Positions 39,490 through 49,124 of a stretch of DNA of 64,000 nt are shown here, piece by piece (within the stretch, counting starts at the first letter, position 1; each line of letters opens with the position of its first letter). The stretch lies in NCBI GenBank assembly GCA_963666205.1, contig OY762654.1:2144001-2208000 (forward strand), read 5' to 3'. This DNA is from Synergistales bacterium (lineage in GTDB: Bacteria; Synergistota; Synergistia; Synergistales; JAFGMB01). The translations under genes and the position numbers were made by a program. The notes beneath the pieces were generated by a model, which worked only from the letters and a program-made list of their open reading frames with translations, had not been told where the DNA came from and ran no database searches.

Positions 39490-40662
39490 CTAAAAGTCTC
39501 GTAGATAAGAAAGAGCGGTAGCTATGTGGAACTCGACTCCCAGTGGGAGGGAATCCTCATCGATATTGAATTTCGGATGATGGTGGGAATAGGTAGTTCC
39601 CTTCCTGGCATTTCCGGTTCCCAGGAAATAAAAAGCACTCTTTACCTTCCTTGCAAATTCAGCAAAGTCTTCCCCGACCATCATCCTCATGTTTGTACAG
39701 ATCTTTTCCGGTCCAAGGATCCTCAGAGCTTCATCCATGACAAGATCAGTCATTTCCGGATCATTGGAAAGGAGCCTGTTGCCGATGACTATTTTCAGTT
39801 CATATTCTGTTCCAGTCATATGGCATACATGGGATATGATCTCTTCGAACCGCTTTTCCACCATATCTCCACGATCGTGAAGGAATCTTATCGATCCCTG
39901 GAGCTCTACCTGTTCCGGAACAATTATGGGTGATGTTCCACCATGAATATTGCAGAACATTATCACCGTTGGTTCTTCCAGACAGTTCATTTCTCTGGTC
40001 TGAAGGTGCTGTACGTTCTCTATGATCTTCGAAGCGGCAATTATCGGATCCACTGCATTGTGGGGCATGCCTGCATGGCCGCCCTTTCCCTTTATGGTCA
40101 GGTAAAAATAATGGCTGGCTGCCATCAGAGGACCTGCATTTATTCCTATGGATCCGGTGGGCAGGGGAGACCATAAGTGGAGCCCCATGGCTGCATCAAC
40201 TTCAGGATCCAGCATCGCTCCATCAAGGATCATTTTTTCGGCACCGGCATCCTCTTCATTCGGCTGGAAGGCAAACTTGATATTCCCCTTTATCTCATCC
40301 TTATGTTCACTGAGTATTTTTGCCGCCATCAACAGCATTGCCATATGTCCGTCATGTCCGCAGGCGTGCATGACCCCATCATTTTCCGATGAAAAGGGAA
40401 GACCCGTATTTTCGGTGACGGGAAGAGCATCCATGTCGGAACGAAGAAGAAGGGTCCTTCCACCAGTTTTACCCCTCAGGAGCCCAGTTACACCCGTACC
40501 GGCAAAACCGGTCTTAACCTCCAGCCCTATCTCCTGAAGAAATCTGGAGATCCGTTCCGAGGTCCTGAATTCTCTGAAGCCAAGTTCCGGATGTGAATGG
40601 AAATCCCTCCTGAGCTCAACCAGTTCATGGATGTTACTCTGAATTTCCTCTTTGATATTCAT
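39490..40662 (-). CDS. M20 amidohydrolase (Acy1/HipO-like)
   Basis: RRDFHSHPELGF.E, LRSDMDALP, MHACGHDGH, FQPNEE, GEDF and HHPKF motifs. Confidence 0.93.
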   Translation of the reverse strand: MNIKEEIQSNIHELVELRRDFHSHPELGFREFRTSERISRFLQEIGLEVKTGFAGTGVTGLLRGKTGGRTLLLRSDMDALPVTENTGLPFSSENDGVMHACGHDGHMAMLLMAAKILSEHKDEIKGNIKFAFQPNEEDAGAEKMILDGAMLDPEVDAAMGLHLWSPLPTGSIGINAGPLMAASHYFYLTIKGKGGHAGMPHNAVDPIIAASKIIENVQHLQTREMNCLEEPTVIMFCNIHGGTSPIIVPEQVELQGSIRFLHDRGDMVEKRFEEIISHVCHMTGTEYELKIVIGNRLLSNDPEMTDLVMDEALRILGPEKICTNMRMMVGEDFAEFARKVKSAFYFLGTGNARKGTTYSHHHPKFNIDEDSLPLGVEFHIATALSYLRDF

Positions 40663-40702
40663 GTATTCCCCCCCTTGAGAGCCGTATAGAATTATGCTTT
40701 AA

Positions 40703-40725
40703 TGTCTAATGTCGACAATCAGACA
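40703..40725. promoter_or_regulatory. Probable GntR operator for the M20 operon
   Basis: tgtctaatgtcgacaatcagaca: near-palindrome centred on TGTCGACA, ~40 nt upstream of the start codon. Confidence 0.6.
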
Positions 40726-40935
40726 ATACTATAATATTTTCCAGAATTTTAATCAAGTGAGGATGTTTGATTTATTCATGGAGATATTCTGAAAAGAATG
40801 GAGGTACGTAACTTTTGCGATTATGAAGCAGAAAAAAGGGGATGGATCTTTTCCATCCCCGGCGGGGAACAAAGGGGTCTTACACCTGGAATTTCAGTAA
40901 GAAAGAATGCTGTTCAGGGGTGAAAGATGATCCTT

Positions 40936-41730
40936 TCAGTTTTTACGGTTTCCGAGAAAATGTTCTATAAGCTTTCCGGCGATACTTCGGGTTGTGGGGA
41001 TTTCCGGAAATTCTTCCGGTGAAAACCACCCGGCATCCTCTATTTCTTTTTCGTCGATCCGGATCTCTCCGCTTTTCCATTTCGCAGTAAAGGCCAGCAT
41101 AAGAGAGTGAGGGAAAGGCCAGGGTTGACTGCCAAAATATTGAATGTCATCAACTTCGATAGATACTTCCTCCCGGATCTCACGTTTTACTGTATCTTCA
41201 AGGCTTTCCCCTGGCTCAACAAATCCGGCCAGGACACTGTAACGGTCTTTTGGAAACCTGGGGCTTCTGCCAAGGAGGAGTCTGCCCTCCTTTTCAACAG
41301 CGACGATAACTGCCGGCGATATGGTGGGATATTCTACATGACCGCAAACAGGACATATTCTGGATCTTTCAACCTCGGAATCTTTCATTGGTGATCCGCA
41401 TCTTCCGCAGAAAAGGTTTTTTCGAGTCCAGTCCATTAAATGATATGCCTTGCCCGATGAAGCAAAGTTTTCTTCGCCAAGAACCTCAAGGACCTTTCTT
41501 CGGGGTGCGAACTTCATTCCTCCGGGAGGTTCTGTTTCTGCTGTAACTTCAGCCCACTTGATAACCTCTCCTTCCGGATATGCTGTTTCTCTATACCTTA
41601 TGGGTTCGAGGCCAAGTATTTTCGGATTTTCCTCTTCGGGAAGATGGATCTGATCATCATCGTAGATCAGGATGTCATCTTCCCTGAATATATGCCAGAT
41701 CCGGGATGTGTTCCGGGTTTTCATTTCCAT
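40936..41730 (-). CDS. nudC: NAD(+) diphosphatase
   Basis: FCGRCG..C..CG zinc ribbon, Nudix box GFVEPGESLE..V.REI.EE, SQPWPFPHS. Confidence 0.93.
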   Translation of the reverse strand: MEMKTRNTSRIWHIFREDDILIYDDDQIHLPEEENPKILGLEPIRYRETAYPEGEVIKWAEVTAETEPPGGMKFAPRRKVLEVLGEENFASSGKAYHLMDWTRKNLFCGRCGSPMKDSEVERSRICPVCGHVEYPTISPAVIVAVEKEGRLLLGRSPRFPKDRYSVLAGFVEPGESLEDTVKREIREEVSIEVDDIQYFGSQPWPFPHSLMLAFTAKWKSGEIRIDEKEIEDAGWFSPEEFPEIPTTRSIAGKLIEHFLGNRKN

Positions 41731-41806
41731 GGGATAGCCCTTCTTTCAGTGTCATTTTCACTAACGCATTTTAGATTTTCTTTTGCGCTTTGCCCTGTTC
41801 TTCAAA

Positions 41807-43252
41807 TCAGTTCTGCAATTTGCTCATACCTTCCCGGGCCAAGGACATCAGATTCATGTAAGGGTCCATAATGTCGTTATGATAGGGCGAATGGACGAAG
41901 TAATGGCCAAAAAGGTCATTAACAGTTTCTTTCCTGGATATAATGTCTATAAACCTTTCAACCAGAAAAAGGGGAGACTCGTGATCCAGTACTACCTGGA
42001 ACCCGATTATCTGCCCTGGTCTGAGAGAATCCGAAACCCCGGTTGCAATTACTATCTTCCAGGTTCCATGGTGTCCTTCCGGCATGGCTTCTTCCCTGGT
42101 CCTGTAGGGTATTGTGATACCCATAGTTTCTATTCCAGCTCTCCGGGCAATTTCCTCAGACCATCCAACTCCTCCGAGATGAAGATCAAACACTGCTGTA
42201 AGCCCCCACACAGTGGCAGGAGGGAGTGTCGCCGACATGCCGGCTATATTCATGACTGCGACCATGGCCTGTCTCATGGCAAGGGTCCCTATCAGTGGGA
42301 GAACAGGAAACCCGGTTGCTCCATCCAGGATTTGGACCGCATCTCCTACGGCGTAAATATCAGGGTGGGATGTTCTCATTGTTTCATCAACAATGATACC
42401 TTTTTCTGTTCCAAGGCCCGATTTTTCTGCTATGGATATATTGGGTTTAACTCCTGTCGCGAAGATTATGCCGTCAGCATGGATCTTTTCTCCGTTATTC
42501 AGGTAAATCCCTTCTCTGAACACTTTCCTGACCTGAGTATCAGTAATCACTTTAATGTTCCTTGATTCTAGTCTTTCCAGCACAGTAGCTGTCATTTCGT
42601 TATCCAGGAAGGGTACTGCATGAGGAAGGGCCTCTATAAGGATAACCTCAAGACCTCTATCATAAAGGGCTTCGGCCACTTCAAGGCCTATGGCTCCTGT
42701 ACCTACTACTATTGCTTTTCTGTTATCTGAAGCGAATATGTCAAGGGAAAAAGAGTCTTCTGCTCCCCGCATGATATATACATTTTCAGCAAGAGATGAG
42801 CGAGGGATGATATCTTTACCCACCATTACCCATGTAAGGCTTTTATCCAGAGGAGCTTCTTTTCTTGTAACTCCATTGACTGGAGGGATCCAGCTCATTG
42901 CTCCGGTGGCCAGAATGGCCTTCTCAAATGTTATTTCCACATCTTCGGAAGATTGACGAATGGTTGCTGTCTTCTTCTCTGGGTCCAGGCCGATAACAAT
43001 TCCCCGAACTACATCTTTTAAGGTATCGGCCGGAAGCCTTTCAGGATCCTGCAGGTTCACCATCTCAGCCTCAGGGCCTGCAGGAACAAGTCTGCGCCCG
43101 ACACTGTAGGGTAGGCTGCATATTACTGTGGGGTCTTCGTTAATTACCAATGTGATATCGTCTATACCCATTTTTCTGGCCATCATGTATGAAACCCTAC
43201 CGCCAGGACCTCCTCCAATGATAAGAAGAGCGCAGCTGCTATGGACCATCAA
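41807..43252 (-). CDS. FAD-dependent NADH oxidase/CoA-disulfide reductase-like protein
   Basis: IIGGGPGG, redox ICSLPY, ILATG, VGTGAIGLE.AE and IYAVGD motifs. Confidence 0.85.
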   Translation of the reverse strand: MMVHSSCALLIIGGGPGGRVSYMMARKMGIDDITLVINEDPTVICSLPYSVGRRLVPAGPEAEMVNLQDPERLPADTLKDVVRGIVIGLDPEKKTATIRQSSEDVEITFEKAILATGAMSWIPPVNGVTRKEAPLDKSLTWVMVGKDIIPRSSLAENVYIMRGAEDSFSLDIFASDNRKAIVVGTGAIGLEVAEALYDRGLEVILIEALPHAVPFLDNEMTATVLERLESRNIKVITDTQVRKVFREGIYLNNGEKIHADGIIFATGVKPNISIAEKSGLGTEKGIIVDETMRTSHPDIYAVGDAVQILDGATGFPVLPLIGTLAMRQAMVAVMNIAGMSATLPPATVWGLTAVFDLHLGGVGWSEEIARRAGIETMGITIPYRTREEAMPEGHHGTWKIVIATGVSDSLRPGQIIGFQVVLDHESPLFLVERFIDIISRKETVNDLFGHYFVHSPYHNDIMDPYMNLMSLAREGMSKLQN

Positions 43253-43370
43253 TAAGATACCCCCTTGAATGAAAGATAAATGTCCATTAAGAATATTCCC
43301 TGTAAAGTATACATCATTGAAAATGTCGGGCGGAGCATGTCTTTCTTTACTATGGCCTTCTGTGTTATTG

Positions 43371-44330
43371 TCAGCACTCTGTTCCAGGATCTATCAGGTT
43401 AACCATTTCTCCCTCACCATCCAGATAGACCTTCAGATTATGCCTTATTATCTCCAGAGCCTTTTCCAGGTACCTTACAGATTCTCCACAGATATGAGGG
43501 GTAATGAAGACATTCTCCATTTCCCATAGCGGGCTATCTTGAGGAAGGGGTTCCGTGTAGAATACATCTGAAAAAAATGCCCGGAGTCTGCCAGTTTCAA
43601 GAGCTTCAACAAGATCTTCCTCATTGACTGTTTTTCCCCTTCCCATATTAATGAAACAGGATGTTTTCTTCATAAGATCAAAGTACCTGCGATCAACGAT
43701 CTTCTCTGTTTCCGGAGTGTGGGGTAGAAGATTTATCACATATTCACTCTGACGGAAAATCTCTTCCATCTCCAGAGAAGTATAGACCCTGTCCACATAT
43801 TGTATTTTCTCTGCTGTCTGTTTTGTTCCTATTACCTTCATGCCCATAAGGTTGGCCTTTTCAGCAATTTCCCTGCCAATTGCTCCAAGTCCGAGGATTC
43901 CCACAGTAGCACCTTCTATCTGGTCCTGTGCAGGAGAACGATCCCATTTCTTCTGCTGTCTGTTTCTTATTATTGCAGGGAAGTTTCTTGCCATCATTAT
44001 CATTGCCGCAATCGCATATTCAGCCATATGTACCCGATGAATTCCCTTTCCGCTTGTAAGTATGATTCCCATATCCTTCATCTTTTTTAGGGGAAGGTCG
44101 TCAATTCCGGCTCTTATGGACTGAACCCATTTTAGTAGAGGTGCCATGTCGATCATTTTTTCTGTAAGTTTTATGGTAATGAAAATTTCCGCATCCTTTA
44201 TTTTTTCCTCTATATTCTCCAGATCATTGCAAAACTCAAAATGTATGTCAGGAAACTCCTCGACAAGAGGCATGGCATCACTTTCAGGGTAATAGGCGGT
44301 ATAAAATAAAACTTTTCTCAAATTGCTCAC
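43371..44330 (-). CDS. D-2-hydroxyacid dehydrogenase
   Basis: GILGLGAIG, LP.TPET, INMGRG, DVF..EPLP and TPH motifs. Start is GTG 44330 or TTG 44321. Confidence 0.92.
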   Translation of the reverse strand: MSNLRKVLFYTAYYPESDAMPLVEEFPDIHFEFCNDLENIEEKIKDAEIFITIKLTEKMIDMAPLLKWVQSIRAGIDDLPLKKMKDMGIILTSGKGIHRVHMAEYAIAAMIMMARNFPAIIRNRQQKKWDRSPAQDQIEGATVGILGLGAIGREIAEKANLMGMKVIGTKQTAEKIQYVDRVYTSLEMEEIFRQSEYVINLLPHTPETEKIVDRRYFDLMKKTSCFINMGRGKTVNEEDLVEALETGRLRAFFSDVFYTEPLPQDSPLWEMENVFITPHICGESVRYLEKALEIIRHNLKVYLDGEGEMVNLIDPGTEC

Positions 44331-44451
44331 TCCTTCATTGTGATATTTTGTAAGTTGGTTCTTAATACATACTAAGGGTATAATTAATAATATCATTATC
44401 AGCTTCAAGGCGAAACGTATAATTATGGATTTGGAGAAAGGGGATAACTGA

Positions 44452-44784
44452 ATGAGTGGACATAAAATAAAAGTTTATATGGAGAAGGCGAGATCGGCTT
44501 CCTGCTGAGCTTCCATGCCCTATAGTAAAGAGGATAGAAGTACCTCTCCTGTTGAAGCGAACCGTGTGTTCGCCGCCGATCTGATGGGTAAGATAAGGGA
44601 AAAATACGGGGATCGAATGAGGATAGACATATATGATCCCCGATGTCCTTTATGGATATTTGACCTGATAAGGTTCAATGTAAGGGCCACTCAAGTTGTC
44701 TGGGTGATGGATGGGAAGCTTCTGGCCAGGGGAATACCTTACTGGGAAGAACTGGACAGCAGGATAGAAGAATTTATGCAATAG
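44452..44784 (+). CDS. Putative selenoprotein, 110 aa, thioredoxin-fold/ArsD-like with vicinal Cys18-Sec19
   Basis: RBS (ggagaaagggga) plus ATG 44452 gives MSGHKIKVYMEKARSASC-TGA(44506-44508)-AS, in frame with the 44515..44784 ORF. A hairpin follows downstream. Confidence 0.75.
44529..44547 (+). promoter_or_regulatory. Putative SECIS hairpin
   Basis: AGAGG-A-TA-GAAG-TA-CCTCT; the G-initiated loop lies 28 nt after the UGA. Confidence 0.5.
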
Positions 44785-45001
44785 AACATAAGGTATAAAG
44801 ACGTTTCAAGCTTTTTGTCTGCTGTCCATACTGTATATGGTAGGAAGGCTGATCACCTGAGATATGCCAATAGTGCAAAAATATAAGAATTTTATTGTAA
44901 AGGTTGAAATTTTACAAATAAGTAGTACTATGTGATACCTCGGTTTGTATAAGCCGATTATTGTATATTGTATATTAAGTTTGCAAGGAGATGGCTCCAC
45001 C

Positions 45002-46273
45002 ATGAATAGTTCACAATGGATAGGGCTCCTGATATTTCTGGGAACATATATTCTGATAGTAAGTGAGAGGGTTCACAGACTTAAAGCAGCTCTTCTCGGA
45101 ATATCTGCAGTACTTCTGATCCAGCTTGTTGAACAGACAGATGCCTTCTCTTACATTGACTTCAATACCATCGGATTACTCATAGGCATGATGATCCTGG
45201 TCGGGATCATCCGGAAAACGGGAATGATACAGTACATAGCAATAAAGGCAGTAAAGGTGAGTGCGGGTAATCCCTGGCTGCTTATGATTATGCTGTCAGG
45301 ACTTACTGCAATTATTTCTGCCCTGATCGATAATGTAACAACAGTTCTTCTTATAGGCCCCATAGCTCTTGCAGTTGCTGAAGTTCTGAAAGTGGATCCC
45401 GTGCCATTTATCTTTGCCGAGATATTCTCTTCCAACATTGGGGGGACTGCGACTCTCATCGGAGATCCGCCGAATCTTCTCATAGGCTCTGCCGCCGGCC
45501 TTTCCTTCAATGACTTTGTGCTTAACCTTGGACCTGCTGTCCTTTTATCCCTTGCAGTAATGTACGGAATCCTCTATTTCTGGTATGGCAAAGAACTTCG
45601 TCCTTCTGAACTCACGATCCACATTGCAGAAAATTTCAAGGAGCCCAAGGGACCGGAAGATATAGGACTGATTAAAAGGGTTTTACTTGTAATGCTGCTT
45701 GTCCTTACAGGTTTTATTTTCCATGGAAGACTTGGTATCGAAGCTGCTACCATTGCCCTTGCCGGAGCGACTCTGGGATTGCTGGTATGCCCTGTTGATG
45801 TAGAGGAAATTTTAAAGGATGTGGACTGGGTGACAATTCTGTTCTTTTCATCCCTCTTTATGCTTGTAGGGACCATAGAGCATCTTGGCCTTATCAGACT
45901 CCTGGCTGATCTTATGGTTACTGTAGTGGGCAGCCATTTTAAGGTTCTGTCCATTCTCCTGATATGGGGTTCCGGTATCATCTCTGCAATAGTGGATAAT
46001 GTTCCTTATACAGCTGCGATGATACCCCTCGTAAGGGATATAACTTCTCTGTCTGGTGTCCAGTCAGATTTTCTCTGGTGGTCCCTGGCCCTGGGTGCCT
46101 GTCTCGGAGGAAACGGGACACTTGTTGGTGCTTCGGCAAATCTGGTGATGGCAGGCATAGCAGAAAAGGACGGGATAAAAATCGATTTCAGGGCTTTTCT
46201 TGGCAGGGGCTCTGTAATGCTCTTCTTAACCCTTCTGGTTTCAACTCTTTACGTCTTTTTCCGTTACCTCTGA
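45002..46273 (+). CDS. ArsB/NhaD (IT superfamily) anion permease
   Basis: IDFNTIGLLIGMM, SALIDNVTT, SNIGG.AT.IGDPPN, SAIVDNVP and LGACLGGNGT..GASAN motifs. Confidence 0.92.
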   Translation: MNSSQWIGLLIFLGTYILIVSERVHRLKAALLGISAVLLIQLVEQTDAFSYIDFNTIGLLIGMMILVGIIRKTGMIQYIAIKAVKVSAGNPWLLMIMLSGLTAIISALIDNVTTVLLIGPIALAVAEVLKVDPVPFIFAEIFSSNIGGTATLIGDPPNLLIGSAAGLSFNDFVLNLGPAVLLSLAVMYGILYFWYGKELRPSELTIHIAENFKEPKGPEDIGLIKRVLLVMLLVLTGFIFHGRLGIEAATIALAGATLGLLVCPVDVEEILKDVDWVTILFFSSLFMLVGTIEHLGLIRLLADLMVTVVGSHFKVLSILLIWGSGIISAIVDNVPYTAAMIPLVRDITSLSGVQSDFLWWSLALGACLGGNGTLVGASANLVMAGIAEKDGIKIDFRAFLGRGSVMLFLTLLVSTLYVFFRYL

Positions 46274-46422
46274 TCCCACCCTTTAGCAATACTGAAAACT
46301 TACTCTCTTTCTTGCCTGGATCGCTGATCATTTTTGGGAAAGGGACATACTGATTCTTTTCGAAAAAACGATAGTGATGTACAATTCTAGTGGGTTAAAG
46401 TATTTTGAAAGGAGGAATGTTG

Positions 46423-47085
46423 ATGAGTCTGCAGGATAAACTTGATGTGATAGCGGCAGAATCAAAAAAGAGGTTTCCAGAGGATGCTCTGATGATCCTC
46501 GGTGAATTTAGAAAAGAGCTTGGTAATAGTGGGCTTAAGGAGAAAATTCCTGGAGAAAACAGCCTTCTTCCCCCCTTTGAGCTGGAAGATGAAGAGGGCA
46601 GATCCGTTTCCTCTGAAGACTTTCTTGCCAAGGGTCCCATGGTTCTGACATTTTACAGGGGGAGATGGTGACCCTACTGCCGTCTGCAGTTGCAGGCTTA
46701 TGAAGAGGTATATCTATCCATAAAGGAACTTGGTGCAAATCTGGTAGCAGTATCTCCAATGCTTTCGGCTTTTATCAGTGAATTCAGGGAGGAACTCGGT
46801 ATTACATTTCCCATACTATGTGACAGATCGAACAGGTATGCCTCCAGGCTGGACCTGACCTATATAATTTCCAATAATGTCCGGGAGGTTTATAAACAAT
46901 CAGGTATAGACCTTCCATTCTATAATGGTAATGAAAGCTGGGATCTACCAGTTACTGCGACTTTTATCGTTGATATTGAGGGTATTATCAGGTTTGCATG
47001 GAAGGAAACGGATCATACAAAAAGGCCGGAACCTGAATATCTTGTCGACTTTCTCAAGCAAATGAAAACCAGCGGGTTCTTTTAA
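46423..47085 (+). CDS. AhpC/TSA peroxiredoxin-like selenoprotein (UxxC), 220 aa
   Basis: The two ORF-track pieces are in frame across TGA 46669-46671: FYRGRW-U-PYC-RLQL, matching the family motif FYRGxWCPYC. Also LVAVSP, LP..ATF..D..G.I and R.EP. Confidence 0.9.
46682..46697 (+). promoter_or_regulatory. Putative SECIS hairpin
   Basis: GTCTGC-AGTT-GCAGGC begins 10 nt after the UGA, with G in the loop. Confidence 0.65.
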
Positions 47086-47164
47086 GGCCAGGTCCAGTCG
47101 CAGAAACCCTGATGATATAAACCCTACTGATCAAATATAATGTTGAGTGCGATCAAGCGTTAAA

Positions 47165-47455
47165 TTAGCTGTAAGTTCCGCATTCGGACAGGGTCTCTAT
47201 CTTCCGGTTACGGAAAAAGAGGAATATGTCAATGGATATCATCAGGATGTTTACGAGATATAATGCAGTAAGATAGCTGAAGCCAGGATAATCCAGGATA
47301 ACATGGGTTATCCCTGCAGAATATCCTGTGAGAACTATTAACAGGAAAAGGAGACTTTTCCCTTTTGTGCTTTGAGATACATATGATTTATAGACCGATA
47401 CCGGCCAGGCCAGGCCGAAGCATGCTATCATAACAGCTTCAAGTATTTGCCCCAT
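47165..47455 (-). CDS. Small PQ-loop/SemiSWEET-like membrane protein
   Basis: Three TM segments; M..CFG..WP.S..KS...ST.GKS..FL motif. Confidence 0.7.
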   Translation of the reverse strand: MGQILEAVMIACFGLAWPVSVYKSYVSQSTKGKSLLFLLIVLTGYSAGITHVILDYPGFSYLTALYLVNILMISIDIFLFFRNRKIETLSECGTYS

Positions 47456-47768
47456 ATTGAACACCTTCCTGCATTGAAAAGATCACCCTGTTTTGATGTA
47501 ATCCTCGTTTTTATGGCGGTATTATACGCTTTTTTCAATAAAAACAGAATGTTATTTTTATGATAATAAAAATGCCTAAAATATAAATAAATTTGTAAAG
47601 AATAATATATTTTATAGTAAGTAATCCTGAATTAATGGTTTAAATCCTTGTTTAAAGATGTATTTTTATTCCCTTGACTTTAATGATATAATAAAATGTC
47701 TGTTTAATAATCTGAATAAAAGCCGTAAAATAAGTGAAGAAGATCGCTTCCTGGGGGGAAGTGGTTAT

Positions 47769-49097
47769 ATGCTGTTGTTCAGAAAAAATGAAATCAATAC
47801 GGGTAAACTGGCAGGGGTACTTTTAGTAGTGGTTTTGGGTATTCCAGTCGTTTCATGGCAGAACTTCCTTTTAGCACATGTACTGGCAGAGGGATGGTCT
47901 ATAATAATTGCCATCCTGATATATGTTCTTTCCACACAAACCTATCGTTTCTCCCGAAGAGATTATCTGCTGTTCATAGGGAAAGCTTTTCTTGCAGTTG
48001 CGATAATTGATTTTTTCCACACCCTTGCCTATAAGGGGATGGGTGTTCTTCCTGACCTTGGTACCGACCCGCCCACTCAACTGTGGGTAGCAGCCCGCTA
48101 TGTTCAGGCTATTTCCTTTCTGCTTGCACCCTTTGTTGCAAAACTTAAACTGTCCTCCAGTTTGTTACTTTACATTTATCTTACTATCACCGGCGCTATC
48201 CTTTTATCTGTTTTTGGTCTGGATATTTTCCCTACCTGCTTTGTCGAGGGAGAGGGGTTAACCCCGTTCAAGATAATCAGTGAGTATGTTATATGTCTGA
48301 TCCTGCTTATGGCAATTATCTACCTGTTTATTCATAAAGATGCTGTGAGCGACCTTATGAGAAAGATCCTTATCCTTTCTATGTCTCTCACCATATTTTC
48401 GGAATTTCTTTTTACGCTTTACTATGATGTTTATGGGGTAACGAACATGGCTGGGCATGTCCTGAAAGTTGCAGCCTTTTACCTCATATATGAAGGGGTT
48501 GTTGCAAGGGGGCTTAACAAACCTTACGAAGAAATATTTCAGGAGCTGAAAAAATCTTCCATACTTGATAACCTGACAGGTCTATACAATAGAACCGGAT
48601 ATATGGAATTATCCCGCAAACTCTGGGAATATGCATCCAGGGACGGTGGATCTTTAAGCCTCATGATGATAGACCTGGATAATTTCAAGCAGGTTAATGA
48701 CAGTATGGGACATAGAGAAGGGGATAGGGTCCTCAGAAAAGCAGGTGAAATAATTGCCCGCAATACAAGGGCCACTGATATTGTTTCAAGAATAGGAGGG
48801 GATGAATTTCTGGTTGTAGCCAAGGGAGCCCCTTCCAATCTCAGACTTGTTCAGGGAAGGATACAGGCTGATTTTTCCCATTATATTGAAGTGGAGGAAC
48901 TTCCATCCTTCATAGGTATAAGTTTCGGTATAAGCACGCTGAAGCCTTCGGGAGGTTTTATCAGGGATATCGAAGTCCTCTTCCACGATGCGGACCAGGC
49001 CATGTACCTCAACAAGATCCTCAAGAGAAGCAGGCCCTTTGCTTCTATTACGGAGAGAGAGCAGGATATAAGCAGGTTCAGCGAAGAGGAGGAATGA
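47769..49097 (+). CDS. Diguanylate cyclase with MASE3-type membrane sensor
   Basis: N-terminal TM region with D..HTLAYKGM, QLWVAARY and GLTPFKI.SE; D.LTGL.NR, DLDNFK.VND..GH..GD, RATD I-site, GGDEF. Confidence 0.92.
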   Translation: MLLFRKNEINTGKLAGVLLVVVLGIPVVSWQNFLLAHVLAEGWSIIIAILIYVLSTQTYRFSRRDYLLFIGKAFLAVAIIDFFHTLAYKGMGVLPDLGTDPPTQLWVAARYVQAISFLLAPFVAKLKLSSSLLLYIYLTITGAILLSVFGLDIFPTCFVEGEGLTPFKIISEYVICLILLMAIIYLFIHKDAVSDLMRKILILSMSLTIFSEFLFTLYYDVYGVTNMAGHVLKVAAFYLIYEGVVARGLNKPYEEIFQELKKSSILDNLTGLYNRTGYMELSRKLWEYASRDGGSLSLMMIDLDNFKQVNDSMGHREGDRVLRKAGEIIARNTRATDIVSRIGGDEFLVVAKGAPSNLRLVQGRIQADFSHYIEVEELPSFIGISFGISTLKPSGGFIRDIEVLFHDADQAMYLNKILKRSRPFASITEREQDISRFSEEEE

Positions 49098-49120
49098 TCA
49101 TGGTATCATTCCTCCTCTTC
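49083..49120. terminator. Bidirectional terminator overlapping the GGDEF stop codon
   Basis: gaagaggaggaatgat ... atcattcctcctcttc. Confidence 0.7.
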
Positions 49121-49124
49121 CTTT

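Noticed and set aside
43330-43380. D-2-hydroxyacid dehydrogenase ends ...TEC-TGA-CAA-TAA, superficially a CU
   Set aside because: It falls at the family's normal C-terminus, no hairpin is evident downstream, and no redox role is expected.
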